The notes beneath the pieces were generated by a model that saw only the letters and a list, made by a program, of their open reading frames with translations, was not told the origin of the DNA and ran no database searches. The translations under genes were made by a program, and so were the position numbers. Below are positions 37,749 through 48,470 of a stretch of DNA of 64,000 bases, piece after piece. Positions within the stretch are counted from its first letter, which is position 1. Each line of letters begins with the position of its first letter. Source of the DNA: Planctomycetota bacterium (GTDB taxonomy: Bacteria; Planctomycetota; JAJSAM01; JAJVHW01); contig CBDFJG010000004.1 of NCBI GenBank assembly GCA_965248445.1, positions 224,001 through 288,000 on the forward strand. The letters run 5' to 3'.

Positions 37749-40700
37749 TCAGTCCCCTGCGCGGGCGGCCTGAGCGTGCTGGTGCCGCAAGTGAGCCGCA
37801 CCCGCGACGATGTCGCGTCCCGGGCTGCGCGCGGACGTGAAGGACTCCGCGTCGTCCTCGGAGAGGCGGCGCGCGGCGCGGTGCAGGCAACTTTCCGCGT
37901 CCAGCAAGCGCTCGTCCGCCAACTCGACGTCGCCCAGCACGCGCGCTGCCAGCGAGAGGCGAAACAACGCCTCGATGCGTTCGGCGACGTCTCCCAGGTC
38001 GCGCATCGCATGCACGGCGTCGTCGGCGCGGGCGCGCGTGACGGCCTCTCTACCACTGCGCGCGGCTCCGACGGCGCGCAGTGAGTGTGCCACGGCCACC
38101 AGCGGGTCCTTGCCCAGGGCCTCGACGGCGTCCCGCAGACGTACCTCCGCACGTTCCACGGCACCCATCAGCATCTCGACGCGGGCGAGCGCCACACCGG
38201 TGCGCGCAAGAGCCACGGAGTGCTCCTGTCCCGCAAGCACTTCCATCGCCCGCTCGAGAAGATCCTTCGCGCGTGTGACATCCCCGAGCTGGAAGGCGGC
38301 TTTGCCCACCGCCGTCAGGACGCGTCCGTGCTCCCCGGCGTCGGGTTCAGACTCCGCGACAGTCAACGCGTCGCGGAGCGTGCTCTCGGAAGCCGTGACC
38401 CTCCCCACGGACAGTTCGGACTCGCCACGCAGCCGCAGCGTGCGGGCACGCAGCGCACCGTCACCGACGACCTTCGCGAGATGCGCGGCCTCGCCGAACA
38501 GCGCGCAAGCCTCGCTCACGCGCCCCTCCGACTGCAACACGCCGGCGAGATCGATCAGGTCCTGGGCCTCATCTGATCCGTCGCCGCGGGCGCGGTCGAC
38601 GGCAACCGCCCGGCGCAGAAGCTGCTCGGCACGCACGGGATCGGAGTCCGAGAGCGCGTGCCTCGCCAATCCGCGCAGGGCGACGGTCTCGAGTCGCAGG
38701 TCGCGGCCATTGCGGGCTGCGGTGAGCGCAGACCGCAGGTGATCTTCGGCCTCGTCCTTCCATCCGGCGCGAGCAGCAACCTGTCCCGCGGCTCTCCGCG
38801 CACGGGACTCGAGTGACCGGTCGCGGGTCTCCCGTGCGAGCTCGAGCGCGCGCCTCAATTCGTGCCGGGCCTCGCCGTAGCGCTGCTGGTCCCGCCGCGC
38901 GAGTCCGCGCGCGAAGTGCGCCCGGCCAACCGCGGGCCTGTCATTCACGTCGACCGCGGCCGTGAGCGCTTCGCTCGCATACTCCGCGGCGCGCATCGGG
39001 TCCTCCGCGACGTTCGCGAGTGCGAGCGACAGCCGTGCCGCCCGGCGCCGGTCATCGGCCTGCATCGCATCCCACTGTGCCGCAGTCAGCACCTCCCGCG
39101 CCCCGGACACGTCTCCGGCACGACTGAGAATCGCAGCGCGGTCCAGATCCAGATCGATCGCCGCCGTCGTCCGGCCCTCCTGCCGGAGCTGGTCCGCCGC
39201 GAGCCGGGCCAGCCTGTCCGCTTCGGCGAGACGCCAGGTCGCGCGCATGTGCGTCATCGCGGCCGGGAGGTACAACTCGCCGCGGAGCACGCTACCGCCG
39301 CGCAAGTAGTGGTAGGCCACGCGATATGCCAGCACTCCGTGGATCTCGGAGGGCGCGAGCTGGTCGGGGTTGCGGCTCGCGAGGAACGCGTCAGCCGTGC
39401 GGACGTGGGCCGCCGCGAGCTGACCGGGATCCGCGCCCGTCGTCAGGAGCCCCGTGTGTGCGGAGACGACGAACCGCCGGGCCGGACCCTCGCCCCGCAC
39501 GAGCCCTGCCGCCTCGACGTCGGCGAGCGCCGACTCCATCTCGTCGTGCGTCCAGTCGAGTGTGCGGCGGGTGACGTCCCCGTCAAATCGATCGCCTTGG
39601 AGCGCCGCCGCGAACAGGAGTTGCCGGCCGCGGTCACCGACAGCCTGTAGTCGGGCCGCGAACGCGCTCTGCTCGCTGTTCGGCGCCCCCGATAGAGGCG
39701 CATCGCCGGCAGTGAAGCGCGTCGCGTCCACGCGCTCGAGGACACCCCGTGCGGCGAGCGCGTGCAGCACGTCGTACGCCGGACGGGGGCGACCTCCGGA
39801 GGCGTCGTGCACGATCGGTGCGATCTCCGCCGCCGCAGTATCGTCGCCGACGACGGCCCGTACGAGGTCGAGCATTGCAAAGGCATCGAGCGAGTCGATG
39901 ACTACCTCGGCTCGACCTGCGAACGACTCGGCAAGATCCGTCGGCAAAGCCGAACAGGCGACCACGATCAGGAGCGGCATGTCGGCGGTGACGCGCGCCA
40001 GCGCTCCGATCACCCGTCGCGCGGCCGTGCCGGCGCGATCCACGTCGTCCAGGACGAGCAGTGCCGGGCGATGAGCGGTGATCGTCTCGACCACGCGCAC
40101 GAAACACGTGCAGAGTGCGCTGAGTCCCAGCGCCTCGGCTCCGGGTGGCCCGGCACGACTGGACAGGATCGCGGCCAGCGTCGTCGCTGCCCCCGCCGAT
40201 TCTCCGAGGAGTCGAGCGACCAGCTGCTCCTGGACTTCGCGCTCGCCTGTCATGAAGTGCGTCAGCGCTTCGGTCAGCGCTCCAAGCGGCCGGCCGACGC
40301 CGTAGCGCGGGAAGGTCGCCGCCAGCGCGATGATGTCGGTCCTCTGCTCCACCGACTCGAGCAGCGCGTCCAGAACACGTGTGCGACCCGCGCCGAACGA
40401 CCCGCGCACCACGACCACACCTCCGGTTCCCGCGGTGGTCGCGTCCACTGCGGCGCGAAGGGCGGCGAGTTGCGACGTGCGGCTCACGCACGGCACGTGG
40501 CGGTCACCAAGCGGCAACGGAGCCGGGCGCTCGGTGAACCACTCCTCGTCCGGCGGCTCCGCCGGCGGGGTGACAGGAGGAGGCGGAGGGTCGCGAGTCG
40601 CGGCGAGCATCGACACCGGGTCATCGACGACCGATTCCTGCTGGATGTGGCGCGACATCCACCACGCGCTCTGCCGTCGGCCGGCCAGCACCTGGACCAG

Positions 40701-41486
40701 TTCGTTGGCCGACGAGAACCGCCGCCCGGGCCGCGGATCGAGCAGGGTGTGGATCACCTCCGAAAGGAAGATCGACGCCGCATGACGCACGTCGTTCGGC
40801 CGGCGGCTCCCGGGCTCCGCGCCGTCGACCGTGCGCTCATTGTCGTAGAAGCTCCCTGTCGCGGCGCGGTACAGCAACGCCCCGAGCGCGTAGAGATCGG
40901 ACGCATGACCGCGTTCCGCCACATCCGCCCGCACCTCCGGCGCGAGACACGCCGCAAGCGGAGCGGGTGCGCCTTCGACGCGCAGATCGACGGGCGCGAA
41001 GCCGACGTCCAGCAGCACCGCGCGGCCCTCCTCGTGCAGCAGCACCGTGGCCGGATGGATGGCGATCCCGGCCAGACCGGTGCCGTGGAGCGCGGCCAGC
41101 GCCGACGCGAGGTCGCGCGCGATGCCCTCCGTGGCCTCGTCCGAGAGCACCGGGGTCTCATCGAGCAGCACATCCATCGACGTGCCGGGGAGCCACGCCA
41201 TCGCGCTCCAGAACCGCAGCCCGGGCTCGCCGCGGAGCGTTCCGAAGTCCGCCGGGGCGTGCACGGACTCGCTCGCCGCCCCGCGTGCAGCCCCGTGCGC
41301 CCGCACGAGCCGCTGGATTCCGTCCGGCCCCCCCGCCGCATCCACGTCCACCACGCGAACGCGAACGGCCGTGCCGAGCGCGAGGGGGCCGCCGGGCGAC
41401 GCGACCGCCCCCTTGTAGGCACGCCCCGGCCCCGGGACGTAATGCCGTTCGAGCAGTTCGTAAACGTGCAGTCTCTCCGCCGCCAT
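37749..41486 (-). CDS. Pseudokinase-AAA/STAND ATPase-TPR protein
   Basis: Kinase remnants (APE, SDLYALG), GSFGAGRT P-loop, LLVLDDVD, long TPR-like C-terminus. Confidence 0.75.
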   Translation of the reverse strand: MAAERLHVYELLERHYVPGPGRAYKGAVASPGGPLALGTAVRVRVVDVDAAGGPDGIQRLVRAHGAARGAASESVHAPADFGTLRGEPGLRFWSAMAWLPGTSMDVLLDETPVLSDEATEGIARDLASALAALHGTGLAGIAIHPATVLLHEEGRAVLLDVGFAPVDLRVEGAPAPLAACLAPEVRADVAERGHASDLYALGALLYRAATGSFYDNERTVDGAEPGSRRPNDVRHAASIFLSEVIHTLLDPRPGRRFSSANELVQVLAGRRQSAWWMSRHIQQESVVDDPVSMLAATRDPPPPPVTPPAEPPDEEWFTERPAPLPLGDRHVPCVSRTSQLAALRAAVDATTAGTGGVVVVRGSFGAGRTRVLDALLESVEQRTDIIALAATFPRYGVGRPLGALTEALTHFMTGEREVQEQLVARLLGESAGAATTLAAILSSRAGPPGAEALGLSALCTCFVRVVETITAHRPALLVLDDVDRAGTAARRVIGALARVTADMPLLIVVACSALPTDLAESFAGRAEVVIDSLDAFAMLDLVRAVVGDDTAAAEIAPIVHDASGGRPRPAYDVLHALAARGVLERVDATRFTAGDAPLSGAPNSEQSAFAARLQAVGDRGRQLLFAAALQGDRFDGDVTRRTLDWTHDEMESALADVEAAGLVRGEGPARRFVVSAHTGLLTTGADPGQLAAAHVRTADAFLASRNPDQLAPSEIHGVLAYRVAYHYLRGGSVLRGELYLPAAMTHMRATWRLAEADRLARLAADQLRQEGRTTAAIDLDLDRAAILSRAGDVSGAREVLTAAQWDAMQADDRRRAARLSLALANVAEDPMRAAEYASEALTAAVDVNDRPAVGRAHFARGLARRDQQRYGEARHELRRALELARETRDRSLESRARRAAGQVAARAGWKDEAEDHLRSALTAARNGRDLRLETVALRGLARHALSDSDPVRAEQLLRRAVAVDRARGDGSDEAQDLIDLAGVLQSEGRVSEACALFGEAAHLAKVVGDGALRARTLRLRGESELSVGRVTASESTLRDALTVAESEPDAGEHGRVLTAVGKAAFQLGDVTRAKDLLERAMEVLAGQEHSVALARTGVALARVEMLMGAVERAEVRLRDAVEALGKDPLVAVAHSLRAVGAARSGREAVTRARADDAVHAMRDLGDVAERIEALFRLSLAARVLGDVELADERLLDAESCLHRAARRLSEDDAESFTSARSPGRDIVAGAAHLRHQHAQAARAGD

Positions 41487-41601
41487 TGACGGTTGCTCCG
41501 GCGATTGCGCGGCCGTTGGACGTGCTATTGGCTCGTGATCCCCGACCGCTGGCGCCATTGTGCGGCGGGACGCGCGACGCTGCGCGGTTTAGCGGCGCGG
41601 G

Positions 41602-42786
41602 TCAATCTCGCATGTGCGGGACCATGATGAGCGGCCTCGAGACCGCATCCGGCGGGATCTCGATATCCGCGCCAAGCGTCGCCTCGACCTCGTGCAAGAT
41701 CGCCGACGTCATGCGCGCCCCTGCCATCAACTCATCGAACTTCACGTAGCCCATCAGATCGATGATCCGACCCCGCCTCTCGTACGTATCGGGAGGGAGC
41801 CTCTTGAGGTGCTTGGAGACGATGCCGAGGATCGTCTCGTGGTGCTCCGCCGGACTTCCCGCGAGTATGTGGCCCGCATAACCCTCCTCGGCGTCGATTC
41901 GCTCGCCGTACATGACGATTTTGGGCTCCTCGAGCCAGACGCCCGCGGCGCCGATCACGTCCAGACCCCGGCGATCCCGAGCGTGCTCAGAGTGCAACAG
42001 GAGCCGCTGCTTCTCGTCGAGCAGCGCCTCGACGTCGTACATGTACTTCCGGCGGCGCTCGCCCACCCTCACGTAGACGTCGAGCACGTACCACTCGTTG
42101 CCTGCCTCCTCGCGCTCGGCCTTCGTCTCGAGCAACGAGTACGTCTCCGCCAGCTCGGCGAGTCCTGCAAGCTGATCGTCGGTCAAGCCGCGCCCCCGCT
42201 TGTCGAGCGTCGCTGCGACCACGTTGGCGAGCATCGCGGGGTGCATCAACGTGCGGTGCGGACGCTCGTAACCGAAGCGCTGCTTGACCAGTTCCTCCTG
42301 CTCGAAGAGCAGACTGAAGTAGTCGGTCTCATCGCCGTCGAAGAAGTCGTCGCCGCGGGAGAACGCGTTGGCCTGGTCGTTCAGCACCGGGATCATCTTG
42401 GCGTAGACCCCGCCGATCAGGTCCCAGTCGACATCGCCGAGCGTGCGCTCGTAGCCGGAGACGAGCACCCACGGACCGCCGTTCTTCGGCGGCGCCGCCA
42501 CCGGACCCTCACGCAGCCCGGGTGGAGGCAAGGCGCTGTCGCCACCTCCACCGGTCGCGTAGGCCGGATCTACATCGCCACCGGCTTCGTTGCCCTGGCC
42601 CGCGTCGCCGGCTCCGTCCGCCGGGTCGCCGGCCTGCGTGGTGCCACCGCCGTCGTCGGGCACGCCCGACAAGACAGCCCAGCCACCGCCCACGAGGAGC
42701 GCCAGCACGGCGAGGATCACCACAACCACGAACGCAGTGCGCCCGTCTTCCCTTCGCCGTTCGACCATCGTCATGACCTCCATCAT
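41602..42786 (-). CDS. Hypothetical membrane-anchored protein
   Basis: N-terminal TM; ATGA overlap with the upstream gene. Confidence 0.6.
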   Translation of the reverse strand: MMEVMTMVERRREDGRTAFVVVVILAVLALLVGGGWAVLSGVPDDGGGTTQAGDPADGAGDAGQGNEAGGDVDPAYATGGGGDSALPPPGLREGPVAAPPKNGGPWVLVSGYERTLGDVDWDLIGGVYAKMIPVLNDQANAFSRGDDFFDGDETDYFSLLFEQEELVKQRFGYERPHRTLMHPAMLANVVAATLDKRGRGLTDDQLAGLAELAETYSLLETKAEREEAGNEWYVLDVYVRVGERRRKYMYDVEALLDEKQRLLLHSEHARDRRGLDVIGAAGVWLEEPKIVMYGERIDAEEGYAGHILAGSPAEHHETILGIVSKHLKRLPPDTYERRGRIIDLMGYVKFDELMAGARMTSAILHEVEATLGADIEIPPDAVSRPLIMVPHMRD

Positions 42787-43889
42787 CCCGTGAATACGCC
42801 CGGCGGGGCGATCATGTGCCCAGCTTTCGCCGCGAAAGCCACCGTCTCGGCCGAAAGCTGGCCGCAACCCATCCCCTGCTGCTTCCCGGCGCTATAGCGG
42901 ATCTTCACGGGGCAGCGCAGGCGGCGCAGTCTCGAGGTGAAGTCCTTCACCTCGCCCCACGAGGGGGGCCGGAAGCCGGCTCCGGTGTCGTTCCAAGGGA
43001 TCACGTTGAGGATGTAGCGCAGCCCCTGCAGCTCGCGGCCGAGCGCATCGACGTGCTCATCGTCCATGTTGACGCCGGGCAGCGCGACGTATTGCAGGGT
43101 CACCCACGGGACGGCGCACGACCGCTGATACGTCCGCATCGCGTCGATCAGGTCGCCGAGCGGATGAACCCTGGCCACGGGCATGATCCGTTCCCGCACG
43201 CTCTGGATCGCCGAGTGGAGGGAGAGGTGGAGCCGCCACGGCCGGCGCTCAGCGGCGAACTGCCGGATCCGGTCGGGCAGGCCAACCGTCGAGACCGTGA
43301 TGCGCTTGCGCGCGATCGCCTGAGCGTCCTGGGCGTTCAGGTTCTCGCACGCGTCCATCACCGCGTCGTAGTTGTGCAGCGGCTCGCCCATACCCATGAA
43401 GACCACGTCGGTCACGCGCTCCCCGGTCACGCGCTCGATCCGGGTGCGTCCCTCGATGATCTCCCCCGCCGTCATGTTGCGCAGCAACCCCATCTCGCCC
43501 GTCGCGCAGAACGTGCAGCCCATCGCGCAACCGGCCTGCGAGGAGACGCAGAGAGTCCGGTTCTCGCGATTTCGGATGAGAACGAACTCGACGATTTCGC
43601 CGCCGCCGCCATCCGGGCCGCGCAATCGGTATGCGAACTTGCGCGTCCCGTCGCCCGCGAGGCGCTCGCCCGCGGGCTCGAGAAGGGGACCGAAGCGGAA
43701 CGCGCGGCGCAGCACGGAAGTGCTCTTGCGTCCCACCGGCAGTTCGTCCCACGTCAGCGCGCCCTCGCCGTGGATGGCAAAGCGCAGCCGCTGCGCGAGC
43801 GCCGGCGCGTCCGCACCGGCGTCGGCCAGCAACCCGCCCAGTCGAGAGGCGGGAATGTCGCGCAGGTGCAGCATCGGATCACCGGACAT
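42783..43889 (-). CDS. RlmN/Cfr-family radical SAM RNA methyltransferase
   Basis: LCVSSQAGCAMGCTFC, MGMGEP, SLHS, CGQL. Confidence 0.85.
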   Translation of the reverse strand: MSGDPMLHLRDIPASRLGGLLADAGADAPALAQRLRFAIHGEGALTWDELPVGRKSTSVLRRAFRFGPLLEPAGERLAGDGTRKFAYRLRGPDGGGGEIVEFVLIRNRENRTLCVSSQAGCAMGCTFCATGEMGLLRNMTAGEIIEGRTRIERVTGERVTDVVFMGMGEPLHNYDAVMDACENLNAQDAQAIARKRITVSTVGLPDRIRQFAAERRPWRLHLSLHSAIQSVRERIMPVARVHPLGDLIDAMRTYQRSCAVPWVTLQYVALPGVNMDDEHVDALGRELQGLRYILNVIPWNDTGAGFRPPSWGEVKDFTSRLRRLRCPVKIRYSAGKQQGMGCGQLSAETVAFAAKAGHMIAPPGVFTG

Positions 43890-43899
43890 GCGTCCGACT

Positions 43900-45079
43900 C
43901 TATCCGCCGTCCGCGGAGACGCCGATCGCCGCGACGGGTGGCGTGTCGTCGGTGAGATCGTCGAGGTATCCCTCCGGCAGCGAGACGTCCTGGGTCCCGC
44001 CGGATTTCCCGCGCGGAACGCGGACAGCTGACGGCGGGAACGGCGTCTCGTCGTCGATGGCGAGCAGCGTCTCGCGAACGTCGTCGACGGTCAGAACCCG
44101 CTTGCAGGCGGGCACGGATCGCGCCGCTGCCCGGATAGCCCTTCGTGTACCACGTGAGCTGACGGCGCATCATCCGGATGCCACGCTGCTCTCCGCACCA
44201 CCCAGCCAGCCGCTCGGCGTGTTCGAGTGCGATCGCGCGCACCTCGCGCCACAGCGGCGGATCCCGCGGCCCGCGCCCGTCGAACACGTCGGCCAGGTCG
44301 CGGAAGAGCCAAGGGCGTCCCAGGCATCCGCGCCCGACGATGACGCCGGCACACCCGGTCGTGCGCATCATGCGCAGCGCGTCCTCGGCCTCCCAGATGT
44401 CGCCGTTGCCCAGCACCGGGATCTGCACATGTTCGACTAGCCGTGCGATCGCTTCCCAACGCGCTTGTCCGGCGTAGAACTGTGCGGCCGTTCGCGCGTG
44501 CAGCCCGACGGCGACGCAACCTTCCTCCTCACCGATGCGGCCGGCATCCATGTACGACAGCAGCTCGTCGTGAACGCCCATGCGGAATTTGATCGTGACC
44601 GGCACGTCACCGGCGTTCGTGACGACCGCACGCACGAGCCGCCGCAGCAGGTTCGGCTTGACCGGGATCGCGGCCCCGCCGCCCTTCGATGTCACCTTGC
44701 GCACGGGACAGCCGAAGTTCATGTCGATGTGATCGACGTGGCCGTCGCCAACCAGCCGGCGGGCGGCCTCACCAAGAGAGACCGGCTCCACGCCGTAGAG
44801 CTGCAGTGAGCGCGGTGACTCCTCCGGGCCGAAGTCCGCGAGGTGCCACGTCTTGGCGTGTCCCTCGACAAGGGCCCGGGCCGTGATCATCTCGCTGACG
44901 TAGAGACCCGCGCCGAAGCCCCGGCAGATCGCACGGAACGGGTAATTGGTGACTCCCGCCATGGGCGCGAGCACGACCGGCGGCCACACCCTGAGCGAGC
45001 CCAGGGCCAACGGCGCGAACTCGTCCGAACCGGCAGGCGGCACGTCCTTGTTCAGTTCGGAGCGGTAGACGTCCTGCAT
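43900..45079 (-). pseudogene. dusB: tRNA-dihydrouridine synthase B, +1 frameshift near 44101
   Basis: LAPMAGVT, NFGCP, GNGDI, VGRG; C-terminus RVLTVDDVRE...LPEGYLDD lies in another frame. Confidence 0.85.
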
Positions 45080-45089
45080 GGCCGCTCCT

Positions 45090-46982
45090 TCACTCGCTCT
45101 TCACGAGCGTTGCCTGACCGTCCGCGAGGCGCAGCCGCCCCCACTCGCGCCATGGGATCGCCCGGCGCTCTGCGAGGACACCCGCCTTCCAAGCCTCCTC
45201 GACGGTGAACTCTTTCACCAGCACAACGTACGTCGAGTCCATGGAATTGAAACCGGCGCGGGTTCCGAAGAACCCCGCAACGCGGGCGAGCCGTCTCTCC
45301 GTGCGCTGGAGGTCACCGACTCGCTGCACGACGCGGAAGTTCCAGTACACCCACATGCGACCGGACATGGCCGGGTGCGCGCGGCCATCCTCCTGCGTGA
45401 TCGGCAGGAACGTGCGCGTGCCGTCCGGCGCCTCGTGGGCGAGCGTCATGGACATCCGCCTCCCCACGAAGTGGTGCGACATGAAGACGCCGTGCGCGGT
45501 GATGCCGAAGAACGGCCGACCCACGCGGTGGCGCACTTCCACGACGGCGTGCCTCCACGTCGCGTACGGCCCTTCGATCCCGATGGCCGCCGCCGTGTGG
45601 GTGAACGCCAGGTTCGCCGTGGAACTCACAATCTGCAGCGCCAGCGTGACGCAGATCAGCGCGGTGAGCGGACGCAGATCGTCACGGCCGCTCGCGACAC
45701 TCGCGGGCGCGACCGCGCAGACTTCATCTCCACAGTCGCCGCGGGCGCGGGAGTGCGCCACCCGTCTGTACACGGCAGTCGCCGCGGCGGCGATTCCCGG
45801 CAGTCGGAGGAGAACACCGGCCGGAAGCGTGCACGGCATGCGCGAGAGGACTGCGGCGTACGCGGCGACCCCACTCTCCACCTTGCCGCCGGAGGTCACG
45901 GCATGCACGTCCACCAGAAGCGTCTCCCGCTTCACATCGCGCAGCGCCGGCAACCTCTCGTGAGCCGTGTCGACGGCTTGGAACGTGACGGCACCGGTCA
46001 CGTCGAGTGCACCGAGCACCGCCCGTGTCCCGCGGCAGAGAGGACAATCGCCGTCGAAGACGAACGACACGGCCGGCGAGGCCCGCCGGAATCGCGCTCG
46101 CAGCCACGCGTACACACCGGGAGGCACCATGACCGCGTAGAGCCCGATCACCGCGATCGCAAACCACGGAATCGGGAATGCCACGAGAATGCCGACGTGC
46201 AACCCGAGCCCGACGACGAACAGCGGCAGCCACATGCGCCGCCACCACATGAGCAGCACGAAGGCGAACTCGAACGCGAGCGTGAGATAACCGAGCCCCC
46301 GCGAGAGGATCTGGTTGTCGAGTAGGAACGACAGATCGACCCACGTGGCGTACAACACCGACGCCGGTAGCCACATGCCGAGGCCCTTCGTCCAGAGCGG
46401 AGCGGTGACCTTGTGCAGCGTGGAATCCGCGTACACGAAGGCGATCGCGACGAGCACGATCCCTACGCTCCAAGCGAACGAGACCGTCGCGCGGAGAGGC
46501 TCGGGCTCACGGGCGGCCGCGCTTCGCCGGAGCTCGCGCAGCCGGTCGATCGACAGCCGCCGGGAGACCGGCGCGAAGATCAGGAACACCGCGCCGAGGG
46601 TGAACACGTAGTCGACGTGGTACTCAAAGTCGCGGAACGTGCTCATCGTCGTGAGCGTGAAGGCGTAGTTGACGATCGCGGCGAGTCGTGTCCGGTAGCC
46701 GGCCACGATTGCCAGGACGACCACGCCCCAGACGAGTGTGGCCAGGCGCAGGTCGATGGCCGGTGACATCACTCCGACCAACTCGGAGCCGAGGAGCGGT
46801 GCGAGGTAGCGAAGCTGGAACACCTCGCCAAGAAGCGCCAGCCCGAACACGATCCGGAACACCGCCAGCGGGACAGCGGATACCTGTTGGGGACCGAATC
46901 TGCGCGTGATTCGCCGTGCGCACACCCACGACAGCCACAGGGTGGCACTGAGGAAGATCAGGAATGCGACGCGAACGGCCAA
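45090..46982 (-). CDS. HTTM-domain membrane protein fused to DCC1-like (DUF393) thiol-disulfide domain
   Basis: LAVFRIVFG, SIDR, W..G, GLGLHVGI, then FDGDCPLC. Confidence 0.8.
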   Translation of the reverse strand: MAVRVAFLIFLSATLWLSWVCARRITRRFGPQQVSAVPLAVFRIVFGLALLGEVFQLRYLAPLLGSELVGVMSPAIDLRLATLVWGVVVLAIVAGYRTRLAAIVNYAFTLTTMSTFRDFEYHVDYVFTLGAVFLIFAPVSRRLSIDRLRELRRSAAAREPEPLRATVSFAWSVGIVLVAIAFVYADSTLHKVTAPLWTKGLGMWLPASVLYATWVDLSFLLDNQILSRGLGYLTLAFEFAFVLLMWWRRMWLPLFVVGLGLHVGILVAFPIPWFAIAVIGLYAVMVPPGVYAWLRARFRRASPAVSFVFDGDCPLCRGTRAVLGALDVTGAVTFQAVDTAHERLPALRDVKRETLLVDVHAVTSGGKVESGVAAYAAVLSRMPCTLPAGVLLRLPGIAAAATAVYRRVAHSRARGDCGDEVCAVAPASVASGRDDLRPLTALICVTLALQIVSSTANLAFTHTAAAIGIEGPYATWRHAVVEVRHRVGRPFFGITAHGVFMSHHFVGRRMSMTLAHEAPDGTRTFLPITQEDGRAHPAMSGRMWVYWNFRVVQRVGDLQRTERRLARVAGFFGTRAGFNSMDSTYVVLVKEFTVEEAWKAGVLAERRAIPWREWGRLRLADGQATLVKSE

Positions 46983-47121
46983 TTTGCTCTGTAGCTCCCG
47001 GGTGCTCTGCGGCTCCCGGCCGAGGAGAATAGGTCCATGCGGACCGCGGGGTAGCGGACTAAGTCCGCACCTCTCTGCACACTCTCAACTCCTCCGAGCC
47101 GGCCGGTATCCTCGGACTGCG

Positions 47122-47412
47122 ATGCCCACGATCCACGGACTGCCTGCTGGCCACCTGCTGGAAGCGGCACCCGAAGAGACGCTGCTCGACGCCGCCCGAC
47201 GCGCCGACGTGCCGCTCGCGTCCTCGTGCGCCGGCCGGGGCATCTGCGGAGACTGCGTGCTCCGTGTCGTTGATGGAGTGGCTGCGCTCACACCGGCGGA
47301 CGTCGCCGAGGAAGCGTGGCGCAAGCGCACGGGCCGCGGTGGTCCGCACGAGCGCCTGGCCTGTCGCGTCCGCGCCGTCGCAGACGCCATCGTGAGCACG
47401 ACCTACTGGTAG
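47122..47412 (+). CDS. 2Fe-2S ferredoxin
   Basis: TLLDAA..SCAGRGICGDC...RLAC. Confidence 0.85.
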   Translation: MPTIHGLPAGHLLEAAPEETLLDAARRADVPLASSCAGRGICGDCVLRVVDGVAALTPADVAEEAWRKRTGRGGPHERLACRVRAVADAIVSTTYW

Positions 47413-47423
47413 TGTTCCTCGCG

Positions 47424-48470
47424 ATGGGCGGAATGCACTCGATCACGACCATTGATCCGGCGACGCGTCGCGTGCGACTCCAGGCGGGAGCCGTATCGCT
47501 GGTCGCCGGTCTGCTGATCCTCTGCGCGAAGTTCATCGGGTGGGTGATCACGGACTCGCAAGTCGTGTTCTCCGACGCGATGGAGTCGATCGTGAACGTC
47601 ACGGCGGCCGGCGCGATGCTCTTCGCGATCGTCGTCGGGAGTCGTCCCGCAGACGAGGACCATCCCTACGGTCACGGGAAGATCGAGTTCCTCTCGGCCG
47701 GGTTCGAGGGCGGGCTGCTGGCGTTCGCGGCGGTGGCGATCGTGACGGAGGCCATCGCCGCGCTGATCGACAAGGCCGTGCCCCACGAGCTGAACGTCGG
47801 GATGCTCATCGTGGGCCTGGCGGGCGTCGCCAATCTCGGACTGGGGATCTACCTGATCAGAGCGGGCCGTCGATGCGGTTCGCACGCGCTCGTCGCAGAC
47901 GGCAAGCACGTGATGTCGGACTTCTGGACCAGTGCCGGAGCCGTCGTCGGTCTGCTCCTGGTCAAGTTGACCGGCCTGGCCTGGCTGGATCCCATCCTCG
48001 CGATGCTCGTCGCGCTGCTGCTCGCCAAGACCGCGTACGGAATGGTGCGATCGGCAGCGCGCGGCCTGATGGACGAGGTCGATCCCGAGGCGCTCGCCGA
48101 CGTCGCGGAGGGACTCGAGGAGGCGCGTGCGCCGGGGATCATCGACATTCACGACCTGCGCGCAATCGACCTCGGCAGCGCCTTGCACGTGGACCTTCAC
48201 GTCGTGGTGCCGGAGTTCTGGACCGTCGAGGAGGCCCACGAGGCGACCGACGCATACCAGGTGCGGCTGCTGCGGACGCGCCGGCGGCCCGCCGAACTCG
48301 CGTTCCACATCGACCCCTGCGAGCGGGCTTACTGCACGGCGTGCGACGTGCCGGACTGCGCCGTCCGAGAAGCGGTGTTCGAGAGGCTCCTGCCGTTCAC
48401 CGCGCAGAAGGTGGTCGAGGGGCCGCACGCCGGCGGCCACGACGTGCACTCCGATCCCGTCGGGCGCTGA
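47424..48470 (+). CDS. Cation diffusion facilitator transporter
   Basis: SDAMES, HPYGHGKIE, ADGKHVMSD, HIDP. Confidence 0.92.
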   Translation: MGGMHSITTIDPATRRVRLQAGAVSLVAGLLILCAKFIGWVITDSQVVFSDAMESIVNVTAAGAMLFAIVVGSRPADEDHPYGHGKIEFLSAGFEGGLLAFAAVAIVTEAIAALIDKAVPHELNVGMLIVGLAGVANLGLGIYLIRAGRRCGSHALVADGKHVMSDFWTSAGAVVGLLLVKLTGLAWLDPILAMLVALLLAKTAYGMVRSAARGLMDEVDPEALADVAEGLEEARAPGIIDIHDLRAIDLGSALHVDLHVVVPEFWTVEEAHEATDAYQVRLLRTRRRPAELAFHIDPCERAYCTACDVPDCAVREAVFERLLPFTAQKVVEGPHAGGHDVHSDPVGR

